Virus record (IMG/VR): IMGVR_UViG_3300042520_001767
Coordinates: 1-64,000 of that record
DNA: 64,000 nt
Strand: one strand, 5' to 3'
Source of the DNA: a virus
In this document: one piece after another, positions 10,901 to 18,428 of the stretch
Layout of the letters: every line of letters begins with the position of its first letter
Position numbering within the stretch: position 1 is the first letter of the stretch
The notes under the pieces: model-generated
Database searches by the model: none
Told to the model about the DNA's origin: nothing
What the model saw: the letters and a program-made list of their open reading frames with translations, nothing else
Program-made: the position numbers and the translations under genes

Positions 10901-12557
10901 TACTAAGACACCCAGGTGCGTAATATTTCTGGTCACCATTAGGACATTCAACATATAAACATTTAACATAATCAATAGGTGTTAATTTATCTGCAATATT
11001 ACAGGCAAATTTAAATAATTTTCTAAATGGTTTTGGTACACGACAAAGTGCTGAAAATAAACTTCTAAGAGCACCTATTATAACATTAACAACTCTTACA
11101 ATAATATTAATTATTGGTAAAAGAATATAATTCATAATAAAAATAATAAAACCAACAATTTTTATTACTAAACAAATAATAAAAAATATAGGTGATATAC
11201 TTGTATTAAGTTTATTATATGGAAATGGGTTTTTATCCCCATCACACGCATCAACGTCTTTTATACCAGTAAATGCTCTAGTACTCTCACCAGAACTTGT
11301 TTGGAATCTTGGGATGAAATTACTAACAGTATAAATTTTATTCCAATATAAATTTCTAAAACTAGTCTTTTTAGTTGTTTCATCAAATTTATAATCTATT
11401 TCTGTTGTGTTTGACGGATTATTTGGTACCAAATATTTAGCTCTTGTTCTAAGTCTACCTTCACCACCAGTGTTATCCATACCAATTTTGAATCTAACAT
11501 TTGCTCTGGTCGGTATACCAATACTTGGGTCGTCTGATGGAATTAAATCCCCATTTTCATCTGTTATTACATAATCTAAGTTCATCGGAATTTGATAAGC
11601 CCAAGTACCATCTTCATCAATCAATCTACCACCTTCAACATCAAATTGTTCAACACCGCCATCTATAGTTTCTCTAATCATTTCTATAGTACCTTCACTA
11701 GCAATTTGAGAACATAATTTACCTAAATCTTTTCTAGGTCTACACCTTTTATTTATACTATTTTTGTCTTGGTCACCAAATATACTACCCATAAACATAG
11801 CAGAAGGAATAACATTATAATTCATGTTAATATCAGCTCTACTAATACCTATTTCACATATTTCTCCTTCACCCCAAAAAGGTTGTACATTTACAGAATA
11901 ATTTGTTGATTTCACTTGGACTAATTTATCTAAATTAGTCCCACCTTTAAATTTAGTAGGGCTATCAAAAAATTTAACTGGTGTACCTTGGCTTATTAAG
12001 TCATAAGGTCTTTGTGATACGATACCAACATCTGAGATATCAGCATCAATATGTATTGTATGTGTACCTAGTGGTACACCAAAAATCATGAAATCACCCG
12101 CATTATTGGTTGTTGTGGTAAATTTATAATATTTATTATAAACATGAAGTAATTCTTCATTATCTAATATCTCTCTCTTATTTGGAAAAGAACCGATAGG
12201 TGTAAAACAATCATTATTTGTTTCACTATTTTTAGGTAATAGATTATATCTTATACTATCACTATCTTTATCAGTAACAATACTATAAGGGTATAAACCT
12301 TTGACTAAGGTATTATTTTTATCTTCATCATCAATAGGTAAAAAAACACTAACTCTAGCATTTGGTAATCCAAAACCTCCATTAATAACTACCCTACCAA
12401 CCACTACTCCATAATCCGAACAAAAAGTTCTATAAGCATCCTCTTGTGTAATTTTCATAGAAAGGACTTCAATGAAATCAAATTCTTGGTCTAACTTAAC
12501 TTTTACATATTTATCTGAACCATTTGGTGTTGTTCTTATTCTTATTGTTTCTGACAT
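7935..12557 (-). CDS. Large virion protein, 1540 aa: N-terminal carboxypeptidase-regulatory-like beta-sandwich, long hydrophobic segment, C-terminal SprB-like repeats
   Basis: VVVGRVVINGGFGLPNARVSVF...FMIFGVPLGTHTI (beta-sandwich). PIFFIICLVIKIVGFIIFIMNYILLPIINIIVRVVNVII (hydrophobic). Repeated G-x-I-x-(I/V)-x-(S/G)G-x-x-P(F/Y)-(T/S)...D-x-x-G-C units. Confidence 0.55.
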   Translation of the reverse strand: MSETIRIRTTPNGSDKYVKVKLDQEFDFIEVLSMKITQEDAYRTFCSDYGVVVGRVVINGGFGLPNARVSVFLPIDDEDKNNTLVKGLYPYSIVTDKDSDSIRYNLLPKNSETNNDCFTPIGSFPNKREILDNEELLHVYNKYYKFTTTTNNAGDFMIFGVPLGTHTIHIDADISDVGIVSQRPYDLISQGTPVKFFDSPTKFKGGTNLDKLVQVKSTNYSVNVQPFWGEGEICEIGISRADINMNYNVIPSAMFMGSIFGDQDKNSINKRCRPRKDLGKLCSQIASEGTIEMIRETIDGGVEQFDVEGGRLIDEDGTWAYQIPMNLDYVITDENGDLIPSDDPSIGIPTRANVRFKIGMDNTGGEGRLRTRAKYLVPNNPSNTTEIDYKFDETTKKTSFRNLYWNKIYTVSNFIPRFQTSSGESTRAFTGIKDVDACDGDKNPFPYNKLNTSISPIFFIICLVIKIVGFIIFIMNYILLPIINIIVRVVNVIIGALRSLFSALCRVPKPFRKLFKFACNIADKLTPIDYVKCLYVECPNGDQKYYAPGCLSSSDGFKELKKDNNPPTYYPGDDWGHPKTFGDLAGLDNCVAFEMAKSLNLFQFDFYNDWINGSLFGFLLKYKKRSKGRELFCEYDCNPEFTSQGGVDGNNDKIGDNTCHSNYLLDTCFPDGNHEYGKTPKYADAQNKSYYVSVREGLIKKINIIKDGKKISEELYYAATKHDVSNKLFATDIVCLGSVFECDWQGIPKIQPLLIPTSYKLPPDTQETTDDKKTETTGQVGLEGSIKGLFFEINCKGIHSDTRQVLNIRHICEMGVDLDEISYDNNGTLIYPDGVIGENEIDENGSKFFRDVFYYLNKNKVNGVQSFNYGSPFTTNFNIKNEPTYSFASNNSNGDDYLNFRGFKPNNDSSYSQTNNSFYFYFGILPGKGSLDKLNQRFFTKCIPVIEKEFNITSTSTPSSNSNPNGSITFTIVSGTAPFTYTISGPNGVINGILEINPTTGDVLPITISGPQGQYDIEVIDVNGNVVTQTVNIDGPPPFYGSGVVKKMCTSASINDGEIVIDSIGGGTGVWSYKLYKSNGSLVSNNSVINVPFIIGGLGVDKDSNGLTPPDKHFGYRLELSDGVDFINIYDLIIDGPTPVVLILNNFKGTTCWESQDGEFEIGLTGGVAPYTINVVGPLGYNSISFNGNTLFRGNYTASVIDRLGTASVLNFTIPSKNPKMVASKGSIIDLAKQCDPNKYVIPFYVLEGAPIPVGQTPPISSIKISTNVNNETNDDGIMVYRDFMSSSAYINNSTYVYLTIPNILLNNEEVSFSFKSIDELCFSNELVINETEIRLPPAFLNVNFNGINNSKQCDPNVLTFKFNVTHWEVAGPTYSERKPYEFKYQINGYGPNGLNSYFIETITSNQQLINQTIPSSVINNVPNGNTTYPVVITYIITDNKGCTANGSLPTITMPTQALSSQVNRTNSTDLTNLTKCYFNFTASGGISPYSSSPLLLNVDNFNGSAYDVVDATLFCSIYPNPKATTTITDSVGCTIIKTT

Positions 12558-12565
12558 ATTTACGT

Positions 12566-12913
12566 CTAATATTTTTTTGTTATATCTTCAACATCTAACA
12601 TAACGACATCATCTTCTGTTAAATTATCAAAGTCATCTTCATCGTCTTCATCATAATTATTATTAAATTTATGATTGGTAAACCTTTTAATTATCTTCAC
12701 CATATTTACTTCTTTTGTTAAAACAATAGTGTTAAACATAAAGATTACGATAGCTACATTTATTAACGGTAATAATAAAATACCTATAATAAATCCTACC
12801 ATTTTTAATATATAATGACCAATTAATTTTATTTTTTCTTTATTATTGGTTTTTAAAAATCTTACATTTTCAGATGTTTCAAGATTATTTACAGACTTGC
12901 AATTACAACTCAT
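12566..12913 (-). CDS. Small membrane protein with N-terminal CxC and acidic tail, 115 aa
   Basis: Hydrophobic stretch MVGFIIGILLLPLINVAIVIFMFNTIV and a DEDDEDDFD tail. Confidence 0.6.
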   Translation of the reverse strand: MSCNCKSVNNLETSENVRFLKTNNKEKIKLIGHYILKMVGFIIGILLLPLINVAIVIFMFNTIVLTKEVNMVKIIKRFTNHKFNNNYDEDDEDDFDNLTEDDVVMLDVEDITKKY

Positions 12914-12944
12914 TTTATTTATTTTTTTTTATTTATTATTTTAA

Positions 12945-12952
12945 CAAATATA
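12945..12952 (-). promoter_or_regulatory. Bacteroidota-type -7 promoter element TATATTTG
   Basis: Exact TAnnTTTG match 31 nt upstream of the ATG at 12913. Confidence 0.45.
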
Positions 12953-12977
12953 GTATTTAATTTATAATAAATAAACG

Positions 12978-14792
12978 TTATTGTCTTGCTCGAATCATAA
13001 TATCTTTAGTTGGGTATTTAATTTCGAACATTGTTGTTGATTCACCAAATAATGTCATATCTGAAATATCTATTTGTCTAGTATCTTCATCGATATATTG
13101 TTGTGAAATTTCATTTACACTATATTTACCACCACCAACTTTATTATAAATTCTAATTTCTAAAATATTTAAAACACCACCAACATTATTTATTGTTTCT
13201 ATAAGAGGTGAAAGATAAATATTTTCACCCATTTCGTATTTGTTTACATCAAAATATTTTTTAATTTCACTAATAACTTGCGTCATAACTTGTGATTGAG
13301 TTACTTTTTTATCTATAAATAAATCAACTTCAATTGATAAATTAACAATTCTACCATCAGCTATTTGAATATAATCATTTAGCATTCTATAGTCAGATAA
13401 ATAATTACTAATATTTTCTTTTAAAGTTGTTGTTGATTGATTAGTTAGTGAACCATTTGAATCTAAACTTAAAACATAAATTTTAATTTTATTTTGTTCT
13501 TCAAAAACACCATTTCTAAAAGGTGACCCAAATTTACCAGGAATCTGAGCAATCTTTGTTTGATAGTCTTTTATCGTTACAGCTCTATTTTGCGATGCAA
13601 AATTATATTTAACCATATTTCTAATTTCTTCTATACTAGGTGCATTTTTACCACCAATAGCTGGAAATAGATTATTTACCTTTAAAGATTTTTTAACATT
13701 TTGATTAATAGTTGAATCACTACCATTAACAGTCATATCAATAATACCTAACCCTTTGATTACATTAGGACCTAAATTAGAATCACTACCGCCACCAACT
13801 TTATATTTTATGAACATTGTAGTATTAGGTGTAGGAACAACACCTAGAGACATATTATTTATAAAATTACCTATTTGTTTAACTAATAATGGATTTGTGT
13901 CAAAATCACAAAGACTATTTATGTCTTGTGTTCCAGCACCAAAAGTTATTTTAGTGAAACCTAAATCAGTATATTCTCTTATAAATCTTTTAGAAACACT
14001 TATCCATTTACCTGGTTTTACACCTGAACTATCACTAGAACGTGTATTATCTTCAATAAAAACTTTATCTTCAGCTAATGCATCAACTTCATACCATTTG
14101 TTTTCTTTATTTAAAAATTCAGTGAATGTTGGTGTTGTTAAATAGTTTGTACCTGGTAGTGTTATTATTGAGTCAATGTCTAAAACGTCATTATCTGGTA
14201 AAATAACCTCTAAAAATGGTCTAGAATCACTAGTATTAATAACTCTTTTTAAAATCTTACTATAACCGTTTGTAACTATCTCTCTTTTAGTTATTGAGTA
14301 ATTAATCAACGTACCATTACCATTAAAGTTAGGGATAATTAAACGATTTGGAATACCACTAACGGAAAAAGGGTTAGAAAAATCAACATCATTATTCAAT
14401 TCAAAAATTTTACCAGCACCAGATACTTGTGAGCCAGCTCTAATTATTGGTGCATATGAAATATCAAAAGTATCACCAAAAACTGGTAGTGTTACGGTTA
14501 AATCAACAATTGTTGCGCTAGCTCTTTTTCCTGGTATTTTTAAACCAAGAGTTCTAGCTATAGAGAGGATTGATTTTCTTTCTTGTGCGTAGTCTATTTG
14601 TGTTTCAGCAAACATTCTATCAGTATTAAAAGATAACATATCTCCTACAGCAGCATTTAATTCTAAAAGCATCATACCTACAGATGCATCATTAAAATCA
14701 CCGAAAATATCTGGGTAATATTGTTTAACATAATTAACTAAATCAGTTCTTATATTTGCGAAATCCCTTGATGTATAATTTACATTTGCCAT
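12978..14792 (-). CDS. Baseplate wedge protein (T4 gp6 / baseplate J-like), 604 aa
   Basis: N-terminal NYTSRDFANIRTDLVNYVK...DFNDASVGMMLLELNA and the motif EEIRNMVKYNFASQNRAVTIKDY. Adjacent to a gp25-like gene. Confidence 0.85.
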   Translation of the reverse strand: MANVNYTSRDFANIRTDLVNYVKQYYPDIFGDFNDASVGMMLLELNAAVGDMLSFNTDRMFAETQIDYAQERKSILSIARTLGLKIPGKRASATIVDLTVTLPVFGDTFDISYAPIIRAGSQVSGAGKIFELNNDVDFSNPFSVSGIPNRLIIPNFNGNGTLINYSITKREIVTNGYSKILKRVINTSDSRPFLEVILPDNDVLDIDSIITLPGTNYLTTPTFTEFLNKENKWYEVDALAEDKVFIEDNTRSSDSSGVKPGKWISVSKRFIREYTDLGFTKITFGAGTQDINSLCDFDTNPLLVKQIGNFINNMSLGVVPTPNTTMFIKYKVGGGSDSNLGPNVIKGLGIIDMTVNGSDSTINQNVKKSLKVNNLFPAIGGKNAPSIEEIRNMVKYNFASQNRAVTIKDYQTKIAQIPGKFGSPFRNGVFEEQNKIKIYVLSLDSNGSLTNQSTTTLKENISNYLSDYRMLNDYIQIADGRIVNLSIEVDLFIDKKVTQSQVMTQVISEIKKYFDVNKYEMGENIYLSPLIETINNVGGVLNILEIRIYNKVGGGKYSVNEISQQYIDEDTRQIDISDMTLFGESTTMFEIKYPTKDIMIRARQ

Positions 14793-14795
14793 ATT

Positions 14796-15176
14796 TTAAA
14801 TTTTTACTACTACTATATCTGATGAAGAAAAAACATCATCACTTATTGTGTAACTTATAGTTACAACGGCTGCATATTCACTCTCTGGTGACGCAGAAAT
14901 TATTATATCGTCTAACTTTAAGTTAGGTAAGAATTTTTTAACCACAGTTCTAATTTCATCTTTAATACCTTCTTCAGTCAATATATCGTTAGGTTCAAAT
15001 ATAAATCTTAGTAAATCAGTACCAAAATCTGGATTGTATAATCTTTGACCTCTTCTAGTAAGTATTAAATGTAATAAATCAGCTTTTATAGCTTGTTTAT
15101 CGTTTTCCGTTAAATCTAAAAAAAACCCTTTTGCACTGTCTTTGAAGGGATAGTTTATATTGATATATTTTGACAT
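14796..15176 (-). CDS. Baseplate wedge subunit (T4 gp25 / gpW-like), 126 aa
   Basis: IKADLLHLILTRRGQRLYNPDFGTDLLRFIFEP matches the GPW_gp25 signature. Confidence 0.9.
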   Translation of the reverse strand: MSKYININYPFKDSAKGFFLDLTENDKQAIKADLLHLILTRRGQRLYNPDFGTDLLRFIFEPNDILTEEGIKDEIRTVVKKFLPNLKLDDIIISASPESEYAAVVTISYTISDDVFSSSDIVVVKI

Positions 15177-15194
15177 ATTCTTTTTATTTATTAG

Positions 15195-15202
15195 ATAAAT
15201 AT
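15195..15202 (-). promoter_or_regulatory. Putative late-promoter motif ATATTTAT
   Basis: One of about 15 co-oriented copies upstream of structural genes. Lies 18 nt from the gp25-like start, just downstream of the nrdA terminator. Confidence 0.45.
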
Positions 15203-15238
15203 AATACTAAAAGTTTTTTATAAGTAAATATGAGAAAT

Positions 15239-15268
15239 AAAAAAGGGGACTACATAGTCCCCTTTTTT
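15239..15268 (-). terminator. Rho-independent terminator after nrdA
   Basis: GGGGACT-ACAT-AGTCCCC stem flanked by A and T tracts, so possibly bidirectional. Confidence 0.8.
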
Positions 15269-15283
15269 AAATTTTATTTTGAA

Positions 15284-17440
15284 TTAAGCTGAGCATCCAA
15301 AACATTCAAATTGAGTGTCTTTTGGTTTTTCGACATTTTGTATAATCTGGTTAGACGCTAATTTAGAATTTGCTTCTAATTTTGATTTAGTTCTAGTGTA
15401 ATAAACACCAGTTTTTAAACCACCTTTCCAAGCATACATAAGAGCACTGGCAATCTTACCGTATTTAGCATCAGAGTGATACAAGTTCAAAGACTGTGAT
15501 TGGTCAACAAATTTATTTCTAATAATCGCTAAATCCAATAACACTCTTTGAGGAATTTCCCAAACATCTTTATATCTATATCTAATATCTTCTGGTATTT
15601 CAACTATATTTTGAACACTTCCTTTATTTTTAATAATTTTATCAACCATATTTGAATCCCATAATTTTTCATCAATTAATTCGTTTACCAAATATTTATT
15701 GATAACTAAAAACTCACCTTGACCAACTCGTCTTGTAAATAGATTTGATGTTACTGGTTCAAATGATTCAAATACACTCAATAAGATAGCAGAAGAAGCT
15801 GTTGGCATCATTCCCAATAAAAGGCTATTTAACATTGGGATAGGTTCACCTTCTGGTAGTGGTGACCATCCTTCAATATATGTTTTACCTTCTGAATATG
15901 GGCTTCCTTCCCATGATGGGTAGTTTTCACCTTTCTCAATAGCTAATCTCATTGATTCAACAACAGCAGATTTATACATTGTTTCTGCAATGTCTTTATT
16001 CCATTGTTTAGCTTCTTCACTTTCGTAAGATATTTTTCTTTTAGCGAAGAAATCAGCCATACCAGCAACACCGATAGCCAAAGCTCTTTGGTCTTCACCA
16101 GCAGCTTTACTCCAATCATCAGACCATTTATTTTTATCAACAACTTTGTTCAACGCTTTAACCAAAATTCTAGTTGTTTTAGCAATTGATTCTAATGAAT
16201 CTTGTTCAGCTAAATTTATAGATGCTAATGTACATTGTGGTGTATAGTTTGGTCTTGAAGCTTGAAAAATCTCAATACATAAATTAGATTGTTTGATAAT
16301 CCCAATGTTTCTTTGCATATTGCGTTTGTTCGCATTATCTTTAAACATTACATATGGTTTACCACTTTCTACTTGTGATTTGATAAGTGAATCAAATATG
16401 TCTTTAGGGTTAACTTTTTTACCCAATCCTAATTCAACAGCTTTGTAATATTCAGCTTCAAATGCTTCCCCATGTAATTCATAAAGTGGTGTTAACCCAG
16501 CTTTTTTGATATCATTAGGGCAGAACAAATACCAATCTTCATTGTTTTGTAGTTTTTCCATGAACAAGTCATTGATAACCACAGCAGTAAATAAATCTCT
16601 AGTTCTTAATTGCTCATCACCAATTGGCAAAGTTAAATCTAAGAAATCAAAAATATCTCTGTGCCATACTGATAAGTATAACGCACAACTTCCAGAACGA
16701 GAACCTTGTTTGTAGAATCTCATTTTAGCTTGTACCATATCAGCTAATCTTACAACACCACCAGCGTTCCCTTTGAACGATTCTACAATACTATCCTTAC
16801 TTCTAAGAGGGTCAATTAGTAATCCGATACCAGAACCTTCTTTAGATGCAGAAGCTATCTTAGTAAGCGTATTTTCTATTCCGTCAAATGAATCATCTTC
16901 TAAGTGTGTAAGATTACAACTAATCATACCATTTCTTTCTGGTACTCCAGCATTTGTATATGTCGGTGTTGCAAAATTTCCTTTTTTAGTAGTAATTTCA
17001 TTCATTAATTCTTCATAATCTTCTTCATTATCGTCATGTAAATAACCAGCAACACGTTTATACATACAAGATGGTAATTCAGTTGGAGATTTCTTTTCAT
17101 CTTTCAATGAATATTTTGAAAGGAAAGTTGTTGCGGCAAAGAAATCGTAAGTTAAATCAACTGGTTGTAATTCTTTACTAATTAATTTAGATTGTCTAGA
17201 CAATAAAATTCGACCACCCAATAAAGAGTAGTCAGAATGTAATATTATTTTATCAGCAGCTTTAAACGCTATAATTTCATCAATTTCGGTTGTTGTAATA
17301 TTATCATTTACCAAAGGTATTACCTCTTGGAATAAAATATCGGAATCAACCTTTAACCCTTTGGCTTGTGTTTTGATTCTGGTTAGTATTTTATTTGGTG
17401 TAAACGCTTGTGATGTTTTGTCTCTTTTTATTATTCTCAT
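15284..17440 (-). CDS. nrdA: Ribonucleotide reductase class Ia alpha subunit, 718 aa
   Basis: N-terminal ATP-cone-like region, SCNL, SNLCIEI (catalytic N-x-C-x-E), QCTLASINL, KTGVYY and C-terminal CxxC (CFGCSA). Confidence 0.95.
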   Translation of the reverse strand: MRIIKRDKTSQAFTPNKILTRIKTQAKGLKVDSDILFQEVIPLVNDNITTTEIDEIIAFKAADKIILHSDYSLLGGRILLSRQSKLISKELQPVDLTYDFFAATTFLSKYSLKDEKKSPTELPSCMYKRVAGYLHDDNEEDYEELMNEITTKKGNFATPTYTNAGVPERNGMISCNLTHLEDDSFDGIENTLTKIASASKEGSGIGLLIDPLRSKDSIVESFKGNAGGVVRLADMVQAKMRFYKQGSRSGSCALYLSVWHRDIFDFLDLTLPIGDEQLRTRDLFTAVVINDLFMEKLQNNEDWYLFCPNDIKKAGLTPLYELHGEAFEAEYYKAVELGLGKKVNPKDIFDSLIKSQVESGKPYVMFKDNANKRNMQRNIGIIKQSNLCIEIFQASRPNYTPQCTLASINLAEQDSLESIAKTTRILVKALNKVVDKNKWSDDWSKAAGEDQRALAIGVAGMADFFAKRKISYESEEAKQWNKDIAETMYKSAVVESMRLAIEKGENYPSWEGSPYSEGKTYIEGWSPLPEGEPIPMLNSLLLGMMPTASSAILLSVFESFEPVTSNLFTRRVGQGEFLVINKYLVNELIDEKLWDSNMVDKIIKNKGSVQNIVEIPEDIRYRYKDVWEIPQRVLLDLAIIRNKFVDQSQSLNLYHSDAKYGKIASALMYAWKGGLKTGVYYTRTKSKLEANSKLASNQIIQNVEKPKDTQFECFGCSA

Positions 17441-17452
17441 ATTGTTTTTATT

Positions 17453-18406
17453 TTAAAATTCTTCATTAAACATTCCTTCTATTGTTGTTGGTATCTCAAC
17501 TCTAGTATATTCACCTTCTCTTTTTTCAAAGAAGTTATTTTTAGATGATAACCCGATTCTAGACATGTATTCTAATGGGTTTCTAGTATTAAATTCGGTT
17601 TTACAACCAAAATCATTTAAAACAATATCGGTAACATACTGTACGTATTTAATCATATCTTGTTTTGTAAGACCTTGTAATCCTTCTGGCATACTTTCTT
17701 CTACGAATACTTTTTCAGCTTCATAACAACTAATAATAATGTTTCTAAGTTCATCTTTTGATAACTTGTATTCATCCTTTAAGTAGTTTTTATATAAATT
17801 CAAAGCAAATTCATAATGGAAAGTTTCATCACGTAAAATCAATTCATTCATTGCACCTAACCCTGGCATTTTGTTACGGCTTCTATACCAGAATACACCA
17901 GAAAAAACACTAGCAAAAGATATACCTTCAACACAAGCAAAAGCAACAAGTCTATGACCAAATGATGGGTGGTTAATCCAATTTTCAGCCCATTCTGCTT
18001 TTTTAGCAACTGCTGGGTTTGTTTCCATTGAATTAAATAACGCATCTCTCTCCGCTAAATTTTTAATATAAGTTTCAATTAATAAAGAATAACCATTTGC
18101 GTGAACTTGTTCTATAAATGTTTGGTGACCATAGAAGTATTGTGCTTCTAAGATTTCAACTTCATTTAAGAAATTAGTAGCTAAATTATCAATTACTAAA
18201 CCATCTGAAATTGCGAAAAATGCTAATATATTTTTTAAATACACTTTTTCTTCTTCTTTCAACTCATCAAATCTATCTTTTGATAAATCTGGTTCTTCAG
18301 CCACCCATGTTTGTGCTTCAGCTTTTTTGTACATCGACCACAAATCATTGTGGATGATTGGGAAAATAGAATACCTTTTTTTTAATGTCTTGTCTTTTAA
18401 ATACAT
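17453..18406 (-). CDS. nrdB: Ribonucleotide reductase class Ia beta subunit, 317 aa
   Basis: Di-iron motifs FFAISD, EQVHANGYS (radical Tyr), VEGISF and RDETFH. Confidence 0.95.
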   Translation of the reverse strand: MYLKDKTLKKRYSIFPIIHNDLWSMYKKAEAQTWVAEEPDLSKDRFDELKEEEKVYLKNILAFFAISDGLVIDNLATNFLNEVEILEAQYFYGHQTFIEQVHANGYSLLIETYIKNLAERDALFNSMETNPAVAKKAEWAENWINHPSFGHRLVAFACVEGISFASVFSGVFWYRSRNKMPGLGAMNELILRDETFHYEFALNLYKNYLKDEYKLSKDELRNIIISCYEAEKVFVEESMPEGLQGLTKQDMIKYVQYVTDIVLNDFGCKTEFNTRNPLEYMSRIGLSSKNNFFEKREGEYTRVEIPTTIEGMFNEEF

Positions 18407-18428
18407 TTTTTTTGTTTTTTTTTAATTA

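Noticed and set aside
15284-18406. Group I introns or inteins in nrdA/nrdB, which are common in such phages
   Set aside because: Both genes are uninterrupted, of compact normal length, and have all catalytic motifs in one frame.
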